A stretch of DNA of 63,791 bases, filler included, from Octopus bimaculoides (taxonomy: Eukaryota), in NCBI RefSeq assembly GCF_001194135.2. It is 6 parts of 5 records of this genome, joined end to end, with 100 filler letters (N's around TTAATTAATTAA, not from the genome) between each part and the next. Parts side by side here need not be neighbours in the genome. Positions count along the whole stretch, not along the records: positions 35,238 to 38,767 come from NC_068982.1; positions 38,868 to 49,660 come from NW_026363497.1; positions 49,761 to 60,119 come from NC_068981.1; 3 more parts are not named here. One strand, 5' to 3'. The position numbers were made by a program, and so were the translations under genes. Shown piece after piece: positions 37,939 through 49,791 of this stretch (its first letter is position 1; each line of letters starts with the position of its first letter). The notes beneath the pieces were generated by a model. The model worked only from the letters and a program-made list of their open reading frames with translations, made no database searches and was not told the DNA's origin.

Positions 37939-38345
37939 TAGGCGCAGGAGTGGTTGTGTGGTAAGTAGCTTGCTTACCAACCACATGGTTCCAGGTTCAT
38001 TTCCATTGTATGACACCTCGGGCAAGTGCTTTCTTCTATAGCCTCAGGCTGACCAAAGCCTTGTGAGTGGATTTGGTAGACGGAAACTGAAAGAAGCCTG
38101 TCGTATATATGTATATATATATATGCATATGTGTGTATATGTTTGTGTGTCTGTGTTTGTCCCCCCAACATCGATTGACAACCGATGGTGGTGTGTTTAT
38201 GTCCCTGTAATTTAGCGGTTCGGCAAAAGAGACCGATAGAATAAGTACTAGGCATCCAAAGAATAAGTCCTGGGGTCGATTTGCTCGACTAAAGGCGCTG
38301 CTCCAGCATGGCCACAGTCAAATGACTGAAACAAGTAAAAGAGTA
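37939..38345 (+). mobile_element. SINE family A, full length
   Basis: Complete head-core-microsatellite-tail. Confidence 0.9.
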
Positions 38346-38767
38346 ACTATTGATCTCAATCAAGTATAATATCTACAGATGTTGTCAGCATATTTAAAGA
38401 GGTTTGTTAGAACTGTAGGACATTTGCATCCCATTGTGTTATCACTTATTAAATTAATCAAATCGCCTCTTCACTTAATGTAAATGAGACAAACTGGAAT
38501 CTATTATTTTGCAGAAGGCTTCGTAATCAGTTGTTTCCACGAATGGACGGATGATTAGAATGATTTGCTTCAGAGTTTTCTTTTTAACCTTTTCAATCAA
38601 GTGGGAAGGTTGTTCCTTTGACCCTTTAACATTCAGATTTTACTGACCTCCCCTCAAAATTGCGAGGCCTATGCCAAAAATCAAAAGAAAATTACTACCA
38701 AAGCAGACCCTCATTAGTTTCTGCAAATTCAGGATTTCTGTAAACATATATATATATATATATATAT

Positions 38768-38867
38768 NNNNNNNNNNNNNNNNNNNNNNNNNNNNNNNNN
38801 NNNNNNNNNNNTTAATTAATTAANNNNNNNNNNNNNNNNNNNNNNNNNNNNNNNNNNNNNNNNNNNN
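38768..38867. other. Artificial assembly spacer
   Basis: 44N + TTAATTAATTAA (38812-38823) + 44N. Confidence 0.95.
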
Positions 38868-39322
38868 ATGTATGTATAGATAGATAGATAGATAGATAAA
38901 TAATAGTATTTTTTAACTTTAAGCATATAAAATAATATCATTATTATTTACAGACTTGTAAAAATCAACGCTGCTTAACAATCTCATCGCAATAAAAGCA
39001 CATGAAAGTTTGTTTGCAAAAAAAACAACTACGACTTAATTATAGTTCTTAAATCTGACAGAAAGCAGCAGGTTTGTGAGTTAGTGTAACGGTAGCACAT
39101 TTGGTCGCATAAGCAAAGATGTGTACGTTCGTGTCCTATGCGTACAGGTAAGCCTACTTGTTTCCTGTCGATTGGGGTGGGTTTACATGTCCCATTATTA
39201 GACTATTCTTCTTTTTTGGGTCATTGCGCGGTGATCGCTTATAAGCTGTAAGCTTATAAAATACTATTATTATTATTATTTACAGAATTGTAAATAACGA
39301 CGCTGTTTAACAAAACCATCGC

Positions 39323-39408
<86 letters not shown>

Positions 39409-39876
39409 ATGTGTGTGTGTGTGTGTGTCTGTGTGTGTGTGTGTGTATGCGTGCGTGTATTAGTATACGTATTAGCATTTCGTTACATCATCCGTAAGTT
39501 TTAATGGTAATTACATATATGCTGGCAGAGAGAATTAGCCGACCATGCGCCGTTCCAGCAGCCCTCACTAACGATGTCTACAGCATAGGCGAAATTAGAT
39601 CTAGTTTGTGGATCCTCGAGTCAGTCATGGGGCGATTGCCTTTCCTGTCAGCGTGTGTGTATACATTTTATCATCATCCTACAGCATTGAGAATATTTTA
39701 ACTCTTATTTCTATCAATGTAAGTGTTTCAGCATGCTTTGTCTCACTTAGTGATGATTGAATTTTTCTTTATGGTATCACACTGCACCTGGCTTTTTATA
39801 TTAAATTACATAAGGGACGACTTAGGTATGTTCAACCACTTTCCTGAAATAATTAGTGAAAGAAACCCACTAGTAG

Positions 39877-40080
39877 CTTGGAATCCGTAAGCTTATAGTA
39901 TAAGTCTGCTTTTATTTGAATTTCTTAATGAGCCTGTTGAGGAAAGGAAGTTATTGATGGCTATATTCCATCGTAAATTGAATGCTTATGTCAAGTCCAT
40001 TTAGAAGTGCTTGAAATTCGTTAAGTCTCTCTATGCTTTCATGCCAAAGAATGAAGCAGCCATCTAGATATCTCTTCCAG
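39877..40080 (-). mobile_element. Penelope-like element reverse transcriptase core fragment (inverted relative to the endonuclease part)
   Basis: WKRYLDGCFILWHESIERLNEFQALLNGLDISIQFTMEYSHQ*LPFL...DLYYKLTDSK; YLDD catalytic motif reads YLDG; stops present. Confidence 0.85.
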
Positions 40081-40089
40081 TTATAATTA

Positions 40090-40740
40090 ATATATGTTTT
40101 CAACATGCCCTACAACTTAACGTCCACGAACTCAGACATCCCAAACCAAAGAATGAATTAAAACTAAAAGCCCTACCATACATATCCGCACACAACCCCT
40201 AAACAATGAGGCCTGCGGCACTATCCTCCAGAATATCTCTTCACTAAAAAGGGACCATAGAATGAATCAAATCCTTCAAACGCGCACCATCATAAAAAGC
40301 AAAATACAGCCCAAGTCAATGGAAAGTATTCTAACACAAACTCAAGTACACTCGTCGACAACATCGATATTGACAGCAAAAAAAAAAAGAATGTGGAAGG
40401 CCTAACTGCTGTATATACGTCAACCTAACTGAGGATCGGAGTTCTGCTTCAAAGAAAGTCGGAAAGCTTGGTATCTGTGTTAACTAGCTCCGGGTGTCGA
40501 GAGCAATACATCGGTGAAACTAAAAACAGCCTACACCAGATAATCGTACATAGACCCCGGATTAAAATACAGGAATGCAGAAAAATAGCATTAAGTGAAC
40601 ACATCGACATTTGCGTCAGTAATAAACAACCCAACATAAGAATTTTTCTTCTCTATAGATTTAGGGACAATGCAACCTATAATCAGCGCATTAGGAAAGA
40701 ATAATATTTTATCGCATCTTTTGAATGCATCCGCCACAGA
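40090..40740 (+). mobile_element. Penelope-like element linker plus C-terminal GIY-YIG endonuclease fragment
   Basis: LPYISAHNP...IIKSKIQPKS linker and SGCREQYIGETKNSL...ALSEHIDIC...IFLLYRF...RIRKE*YFI endonuclease; stops and frameshifts present. Confidence 0.85.
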
Positions 40741-40914
40741 TGACACTACTACAGGATCTTGGAATAATACCCACGGATATATTAAAAACAATGGATACAT
40801 TTAGAACAGTCACTATCCAAGAATTTGTTTAGAACAGACCCTGTAGCTACTGCCACTACAACCACCACAGGTCATCGTGAGGCCACTTGACCAGTAAAGC
40901 AGGTTCTCCTCCTC

Positions 40915-41136
40915 CTCCTCTTTTACTCTTATTTGTTTCAGTTGTTTGACTGCGGCCATGCTGAAGCCACGCTTTTAGTTTACCCCATGTCTTATTCTTT
41001 GTAAGCCTAGTACTTATTCTATCGGTCGCTTTTACCCAACCACTACGGGGAAGTAAACACACCAACATTGGTTGTCAAGCGATGGTGGTGGGAGACAAAC
41101 ACAGACACACGAATTTATATATACATACATATATAT
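40915..41136 (-). mobile_element. SINE A 3' half running into a gap
   Basis: Reverse complement of the family A tail. Confidence 0.85.
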
Positions 41137-43666
41137 NNNNNNNNNNNNNNNNNNNNNNNNNNNNNNNNNNNNNNNNNNNNNNNNNNNNNNNNNNNNNNNN
41201 NNNNNNNNNNNNNNNNNNNNNNNNNNNNNNNNNNNNNNNNNNNNNNNNNNNNNNNNNNNNNNNNNNNNNNNNNNNNNNNNNNNNNNNNNNNNNNNNNNNN
41301 NNNNNNNNNNNNNNNNNNNNNNNNNNNNNNNNNNNNNNNNNNNNNNNNNNNNNNNNNNNNNNNNNNNNNNNNNNNNNNNNNNNNNNNNNNNNNNNNNNNN
41401 NNNNNNNNNNNNNNNNNNNNNNNNNNNNNNNNNNNNNNNNNNNNNNNNNNNNNNNNNNNNNNNNNNNNNNNNNNNNNNNNNNNNNNNNNNNNNNNNNNNN
41501 NNNNNNNNNNNNNNNNNNNNNNNNNNNNNNNNNNNNNNNNNNNNNNNNNNNNNNNNNNNNNNNNNNNNNNNNNNNNNNNNNNNNNNNNNNNNNNNNNNNN
41601 NNNNNNNNNNNNNNNNNNNNNNNNNNNNNNNNNNNNNNNNNNNNNNNNNNNNNNNNNNNNNNNNNNNNNNNNNNNNNNNNNNNNNNNNNNNNNNNNNNNN
41701 NNNNNNNNNNNNNNNNNNNNNNNNNNNNNNNNNNNNNNNNNNNNNNNNNNNNNNNNNNNNNNNNNNNNNNNNNNNNNNNNNNNNNTTTCTGTATATGATG
41801 CAAGATATGGAAATGTCAGTTTTGTGTTTGAATGTTCTAAGATCTTCTGATCAATAGTTACTATTGCTCTATTGTTATTTTCTTTTGCTCTACATCCTGT
41901 TAAGTCTATGAGATAAATAGCTGCAGTCACATGTCAACGACCACACTTCAATAACAAAACATATGAAGAGAAAATTGCCAACGACATCAATAAAAACAAA
42001 CATTAACTAATTTCAACTTGAATTTGTAGAAAAAAATATTACATGTAAAATAGAAAAAAAAGATTTTTTTTTGTCTTCCAAATTATATTAAGGAGTGATG
42101 GAATTCATTTTAAGTAAGCGAAGCAGTAAATTAGTTATTCTGTTTACAATATTATAAAGAACTAAATGGTTAATTATACTTCTCACTGTATTCACCTAAT
42201 TCATATCATTAGCCACTGCCGCATTTTTCAGCTGTTCTCTCTCTCTCTCTCTCTCCCACTTTTTCTCTTTCTCTCTCTCTGTCCTTTCCTCCCCTCACGC
42301 TTTGTTTTGTTATTTTAAAAATATTATTTGTTTAGTTTTCCCTACACCTGGTATTCTCAGTTGTACAAGTGTAAATAACTCTGCTGCAATAATCAAGGAA
42401 CATCTTCAATGTCCGCTGTTAAAAGAAACAAAACATATATATCAAATATTTCAAAGCAAGCAGCAAGAAAGGAAAATAAAGGGAATAAAAAGCTAATTCC
42501 TCAAAAAGAAAAGAAAAAATCATCGACTCTTCTCTTTCTCTATTTCTTCGTCCCTCTCTCTCACACATCTTTCCTTTCACTCTCTTCACAGGTATGTTTT
42601 GCATGGCTTCTGCTCATTCATTACCTATTTTTCGTTTTTATTTTCTATATATTTCTCTTACTTACATCTGGTGTTTATCGATATAATTCAGCTTCTTACT
42701 AATAAACATCTAATAGTTAACACGCATTATTTCATGTTGATATAATCCTTAAACTGATTAAATTGAGATAAGATTACAACCAGCAGATCGAAAATAACCA
42801 TTGCATGTCTTATCTACAAGACAATGCAGCGGTATTGACCATGAAGCATCTATAACTAGATGCAATGAGAAATTTACAGATCATTTTATTTACATTAATT
42901 CAGTGACAAACAGCAACATAATTTACGAAAGGAAACGATGATGATAAATTGAGAGAAAGAGAAGGAAAACATACAGTAAGTATACGCAAGATACAGAGGT
43001 ATAGACAACCACCCACTCAGTTATGCATTGCACTAAGGGAAACTCTTTTTGCACTCTAAAAATTTTTGTGACATACCAAATCACTTATGGTCTTACAGTG
43101 GGTGACTGCGTGGCTGAGGTACTGGATGAAACTGATACGTTCCACGGCTTCAATTGATGCATCGGTGAGGCGCGAGGCAAAAGAAAATCAAAGAGTTCTT
43201 TCTCAACGGTGCAGTATACCGCAACGTATTGATTTCAAATTTTGGCACAAGGCCTGCAATCTTGGAGAAAGGGACAAGTCGATTATATCAAACCCCAACT
43301 CCCGTAGCAGTATTTAACTGCTACTTACTTTTTTTCGACCTCGAAAGGATGAAATGCAAAGTTGACTCCTGTGGCATTTGAACTCAGAATTAAAAATGGA
43401 CAAAATGTTGCTAAGCATTTTGCTTGGCGTGGTAACGATTTCACCAACAGCAACCTCAGTACCCGCGGAACATATCAAAGACCAAATATAATTGAAGGAG
43501 AGCTCACAGCATGTCTTTGCTTTTGCCTGAGAAAAACTTGGTCACCATATAGTGCTGCACCCGAATTCTGAATTACTCGTGTGAGAAATCCTACAAGTCG
43601 TAGACTTATCTCTCACTGATGGTCGGCCACGGTGTTTTTATTTAGAAAAAAATTATGATTAAAGAT

Positions 43667-43819
43667 TGGCTGTGTGGTAAGTAGCTTTCTTACGAACCAC
43701 ATGGTTCCGGGTTCAGTCCCACTGCGTGGCATCTTGGGCAAGTGTCTTCTACTATAGTCTTGGGCCAACTAAAGCCTTGTAAGTGGATTTGGTAGACGGA
43801 AACTGAAAGAAGCCCGTCG

Positions 43820-43885
<66 letters not shown>

Positions 43886-44070
43886 TCCCCCCAACATCGC
43901 TTGACAACCGATGCTGGTGTGTTTACGTCTCCGTAACTTAGCGGTTCGGCAAAATAGACCGATAGAATAAGTACTAGGCTTACAAAGAATAAGTCCTGGG
44001 GTCGATTTGTTCGACTAAAGGCGGTGCTCCAGCATGGCTGCAGTCAAATGACTGAAACAAGTGTAAGAGT
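43667..44070 (+). mobile_element. SINE family A, near full length, CpG-intact
   Basis: Collinear with other copies; (TG)n centre. Confidence 0.9.
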
Positions 44071-44207
44071 ATTGTTGATTGATGCACATTGATTAATTTA
44101 TCCATTGATTAATTTATCCATTAATATGAATGAAGCCGTACCTTTCTATGGAGTAATGATAAAACTCAGTTTTTGTACCCCGCTCAGATAAAATTGCAAC
44201 TTATTTA

Positions 44208-44425
44208 AGGCGGCGAGCTGGCAGAATCGTTAGTTCGCAGAGCAAAAATTCTTAGAAGCATTCCGCTCGTCGTTACATTCTTAGTTCAAATGCTGCCGAG
44301 GTCGACATTGCTTTTCATCCTTTGGAAATCGATAAAATAAGTACCAGTTGAGCACTGAGATCGATGTAATCGACATAACCCCTCGTCTGTACTTGCTACT
44401 CCTTTGATCAAATTTGAAACCAATA
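44208..44425 (+). mobile_element. SINE family B, near full length
   Basis: Same head, B-box, core and aatttgaaacc tail as the other B copies. Confidence 0.85.
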
Positions 44426-46024
44426 TTAGCAAATTTTAAAATCTGACAAAGATATAGATGTATTTTCCTTGAATACACTACAAATTAAATTAATTAAATA
44501 CTCTACATATACAAACCATGATAGAAAATGTATACGTCTAAGAAGTTCTGTGAATATATATATATTTTTTAAATCTTGGGTTAGTGTTTAAAATGTTAAT
44601 AATTTAATTTAGTAAAAGCTCGGACCCCAGTGGGTGAGTGTCCAGCTTATGATTTTATGTACCTGGTTTCAATTCTATGATCGAGCAGCAAGTTGGAGCC
44701 TTTATTTTCTGTTGCCCCAAGATACTTAAAATGATTACCAGTCAGGACAAGTGTTGCTCTCTCTCTCTATCTTTCTCTTTCTCTCTCCCTCTCTTCTTCT
44801 TCTCTTTTTCTTTCCTCTCTCTCTCTCTCCTTCTCTCTTCCTCTCCTTTTCTTTCCCTCTCTGCTTGCTTTCCCTCCCCTCCAGTTGTATCTAGTGTATT
44901 CTCTTGGGTCAATGGTGAAGTGCCCGCGAAAGCATNNNNNNNNNNNNNNNNNNNNNNNNNNNNNNNNNNNNNNNNNNNNNNNNNNNNNNNNNNNNNNNNN
45001 NNNNNNNNNNNNNNNNNNNNNNNNNNNNNNNNNNNNNNNNNNNNNNNNNNNNNNNNNNNNNNNNNNNNNGTGTGTGTGTGTGTGTGTGTGTGCAGACAAT
45101 ATAGACAACTAAATCCGTTAGTGAAAGAATGCTACACTTTACCAAACCATTCACTCGCTTGCAAGTGACAGCTGATTTAATTACAATAAAATATACTTAA
45201 CCATTTTACTTTATCACATTTTAGTGAGTTTCAGTGAAATCACAAATTCACACTAACATTTTTCCTCTAGGAGTTGGTACATTAATTTGAGAAGACGTAT
45301 AGCTTAGTGGATAGGGAGTTGCACTCATAACCGTAATATCGTGACTTCATTTCTCAATTCTGGGACCGCACTGGCTGGTGCGTTGTGATGTTTAGCAAAA
45401 CATTTCGTCTCAAGTTGCTTTGCGAGCAGTCGCAAATCTGATGTATGGCACACTGAGCACCTTTACAGATAATGTGGATTTCCTGAAGGAAGCGAGCTAA
45501 TGTGCAACACAAAATTTGGACCACTATAGATAAATCATCAGTGCAGGTTGTTCATCATGAAATTGTAGAACTTTATTTCTAGGAATCAAGAGACCAATAT
45601 ACATCCATTAACTCAAAATATCATATATTGCAAACTGATGAAAACACAAACGCCACCAAAGCAGTAACATCCGCAAAAATATATGCTACGGAAGAGAAGG
45701 GTCTGTATGTGATGTGTATCGTTTGCTCAACTAAAGATCTTATGAACGAGCTTATGGGACATCGGATCGCTAACCAAGCGGTCCGTATTTCAAATCCTGA
45801 TAATACCTGCTACTTCCTTTCCACCGAGGTCGACTTTGCCTTTCATCCTTTCGAGGTCGATAAATTAAGTACCAGTTGCGTACTGGAGTCGATCTAATCG
45901 ACTGGCCACCTCCTCAAAAATTTCTGGTTTTGTGCCTAGAGTAGAAAAGCATATCTACTACTTCGTAATACTTTTCTCAGAAAGATTCATATCACGAATA
46001 CCCACATCCTGTCGATTACTAGAT

Positions 46025-46314
46025 TAGGCGCAGTAGTGACTGTGTGGTAAGTAGCTATAGGCGCAGTAGTGACTGTGTGGTAAGTAGCTATAGGCGCAGG
46101 GATGGATGTGTGGTAAGTGGCTTGCCTATAAACGACATGGCTCCGGGTTCAGTCGCATTGTGTTTCGCCTTGGGAAAGTGTCTTCTACTATAGCCTGGGG
46201 CTGATTAAAGCCTTGTGAGTGGATTTGGTAGACGGAAACTGAAAGAAGCCCATTGTATATACAAATATATATATATATATATATATGTGTGCATGCGTGT
46301 GTGTGTGTGTGTGT
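46025..46314 (+). mobile_element. SINE A 5' half with triplicated 33-bp head
   Basis: taggcgcagtagtgactgtgtggtaagtagcta units start at 46025, 46058 and 46091. Confidence 0.85.
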
Positions 46315-46898
46315 NNNNNNNNNNNNNNNNNNNNNNNNNNNNNNNNNNNNNNNNNNNNNNNNNNNNNNNNNNNNNNNNNNNNNNNNNNNNNNNNNNNNNN
46401 NNNNNNNNNNNNNNNNNNNNNNNNNNNNNNNNNNNNNNNNNNNNNNNNNNNNNNNNNNNNNNNNNNNNNNNNNNNNNNNNNNNNNNNNNNNNNNNNNNNN
46501 NNNNNNNNNNNNNNNNNNNNNNNNNNNNNNNNNNNNNNNNNNNNNNNNNNNNNNNNNNNNNNNNNNNNNNNNNNNNNNNNNNNNNNNNNNNNNNNNNNNN
46601 NNNNNNNNNNNNNNNNNNNNNNNNNNNNNNNNNNNNNNNNNNNNNNNNNNNNNNNNNNNNNNNNNNNNNNNNNNNNNNNNNNNNNNNNNNNNNNNNNNNN
46701 NNNNNNNNNNNNNNNNNNNNNNNNNNNNNNNNNNNNNNNNNNNNNNNNNNNNNNNNNNNNNNNNNNNNNNNNNNNNNNNNNNNNNNNNNNNNNNNNNNNN
46801 NNNNNNNNNNNNNNNNNNNNNNNNNNNNNNNNNNNNNNNNNNNNNNNNNNNNNNNNNNNNNNNNNNNNNNNNNNNNNNNNNNNNNNNNNNNNNNNNNN

Positions 46899-46929
<31 letters not shown>

Positions 46930-46935
46930 CAAATA

Positions 46936-46972
<37 letters not shown>

Positions 46973-47248
46973 TACACACACACATGTGTATGTATATATA
47001 TCTATGTATGTATATATATATGTATGCATATATATATGTATATATATGTACGTATATATATATGTATGTATATATATATATATGTATGTATATATATATA
47101 TATATATGTATGTATATATATATATATATATGTATGTATATATATATATATGTATATATATATATGTATATATATATATTTATGTATTTATATGTATATA
47201 CATATATATATATACCTACACATACATGTGTACGCATACATACACGCG

Positions 47249-47279
<31 letters not shown>

Positions 47280-47830
47280 AAACACATACATACACACATA
47301 AACAAGTAAGTTGTTGTATTATTTTACATTACGTTTGTAGAATTTATAAGGTATCAACAAGAAATATNNNNNNNNNNNNNNNNNNNNNNNNNNNNNNNNN
47401 NNNNNNNNNNNNNNNNNNNNNNNNNNNNNNNNNNNNNNNNNNNNNNNNNNNNNNNNNNNNNNNNNNNNNNNNNNNNNNNNNNNNNNNNNNNNNNNNNNNN
47501 NNNNNNNNNNNNNNNNNNNNNNNNNNNNNNNNNNNNNNNNNNNNNNNNNNNNNNNNNNNNNNNNNNNNNNNNNNNNNNNNNNNNNNNNNNNNNNNNNNNN
47601 NNNNNNNNNNNNNNNNNNNNNNNNNNNNNNNNNNNNNNNNNNNNNNNNNNNNNNNNNNNNNNNNNNNNNNNNNNNNNNNNNNNNNNNNNNNNNNNNNNNN
47701 NNNNNNNNNNNNNNNNNNNNNNNNNNNNNNNNNNNNNNNNNNNNNNNNNNNNNNNNNNNNNNNNNNNNNNNNNNNNNNNNNNNNNNNNNNNNNNNNNNNN
47801 NNNNNNNNNNNNNNNNNNNNNNNNNNNNNN

Positions 47831-48058
47831 TATATATATATATATATGTGTGTTTGTGTGTCTGTGTTTGTCCCCCCACCATTGCTTGACAACCGATGCT
47901 GGTGTGTTTACGTCCCCGTAACTTAGCGGTTCGGAAAAAAGTGACCGATAGAATAAGTACTAGGCTTACAAAGAATAAGTCCTGGGGTTGATTTTCTCGA
48001 CTTAAGGCGGTGCTCCAGCATGGCCGCAGTCAAATGACTGAAACAAGTAAAAGAGTAA
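47831..48058 (+). mobile_element. SINE A 3' half
   Basis: Tail sequence after a gap. Confidence 0.85.
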
Positions 48059-48340
48059 TGTATGCAGAATTACATTGTCAATAAGTGTGTTGCTACTGTA
48101 TTGTTGTTGTTAATAAGAAATGGGTTGACAAAATTGAAGTTATCAAGTTAGAAACGTGATTAGAGATGAGTGAAATTGAAAAATCCATTACTTTACTCAT
48201 GAAGCCATATATTGATATCAACAACTGAAGAGAGAGCCAGAGAGAAAGAAAGAGAGGAAAGTGGGACATATTAGGACATATGTATGCATATGCATATATA
48301 TAATGTAAGTGCGTTTATATACATGCATGTATAATACATA

Positions 48341-49626
48341 TCTACTACATATGCGGAAAATCAGTGTGTGTTTGTGGCGTTGTTAACTAACTCCTCCTAC
48401 CTCGTTTTATTGATTTTGATGAAACTTGACATGTGAGTAGAACTCATGTCTGGAAACCTCGTGACATACTTAGATTGTTGAAGAGATCGTATATTCAGCC
48501 CCTGGAAGGTACCTTTATATCTGCCTCATATAACTAATTTTTTTAACACCCAAGGGAAATAACCCATACCACCTGCACAATATTTTTTTTAAACACTCAT
48601 GGGAAATAATCCATTTCATTGCTTATGTTCGATTACTTTGAATATTGATTTTTTGTGTGCCCTATTTCTAATTTTTGCAGACAATATCACTTTTAAACTT
48701 TGACGCGTGAGTAGAACTCATGTCTGGAAACCTAATGACATACTTACATCGTTGAAAAATATCGATGATAGGGCCTCTCTAATGGATCCTTCTATCTACT
48801 AATATTTTATTTAAACAACTCAAGGGAGATAACTCATACCACCTGCAGTTTATAGCGAAGCGATCAATATTTGATTCTCACAATCAACGGAACTAATTTT
48901 GCATTTCACTACTCACAGTTTGGAACTGTTAAACATTATTATTGCTCTTCCTTAATTTGAATCAAGCTTTAAAGACTTCATTCATATATTTCTATACATA
49001 CATACTTTTTTGAATGCCCATTACTCCGATAATTTTGCATTTTTACAGTTGTACTTTGTCCATGACAGTAGATAAATTTTTTATTCCACAAAGTATTTGT
49101 AGTGGGTTCATGCAGGCAGAGCATGGATTCGATCCTCGATTGCCAAATTTCACTTGAAACTTCAACAGCGCTTTTCTTCCTGTGAATGACAGGAATTATA
49201 CATTTCCCAGATGCTTCGCTAAGCAGAATAATGTCTTTGCCACTTGACCATTCTAACCTCTTCCATGCCACCAGGGGCTGGAATGGAGATAACAGACCCC
49301 CAACGAAAACATTTGTTCTCAATAATATGTCTATCCTTCTGGCTCATTTTTGATAGTTATAAAAGACGGACTCTGTAAGCTAAAGGCAGTTACTGAGAGC
49401 GACCATCAGTGAGTGTGAACGTTATTATTGCACTTTCTTCAAACATTTCGTTCATATATTTATATACATACAATCTCTCCCTCCTCCAGCGGACAGTTTG
49501 TACTTTTACGCGAAGGAAAATACACCTTTTGTGGCAATTATAACGAAATTGCTTATTTATATCAGAGTAATAAGGCATTTCAATGAAACATCTTTACCCC
49601 CGCGAATTACCGGGTACAGCAGCTAG
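48341..49626 (+). mobile_element. Probable non-autonomous Helitron-like element with internal direct repeats
   Basis: 5' A|TC start, 3' short GC hairpin (cccgcgaattaccggg) followed by CTAG; two diverged copies of a segment of about 155 bp starting near 48421 and 48696. The base after CTAG is G rather than the expected T. Confidence 0.5.
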
Positions 49627-49629
49627 GAA

Positions 49630-49660
<31 letters not shown>

Positions 49661-49760
49661 NNNNNNNNNNNNNNNNNNNNNNNNNNNNNNNNNNNNNNNN
49701 NNNNTTAATTAATTAANNNNNNNNNNNNNNNNNNNNNNNNNNNNNNNNNNNNNNNNNNNN
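49661..49760. other. Artificial assembly spacer
   Basis: 44N + TTAATTAATTAA (49705-49716) + 44N. Confidence 0.95.

Positions 49761-49791
<31 letters not shown>

Noticed and set aside
42409-42702. 97-aa Lys-rich then hydrophobic ORF
   Set aside because: Composition follows A-rich then CT-rich low-complexity DNA; no family support.
24323-47926. Long ORFs of 150-370 aa full of X
   Set aside because: They are open only because they span N gaps.
48978-49322. 114-aa minus-strand ORF
   Set aside because: Inside a probable Helitron-like repeat; the homologous copy at 31.5 kb has stops in the equivalent frame.
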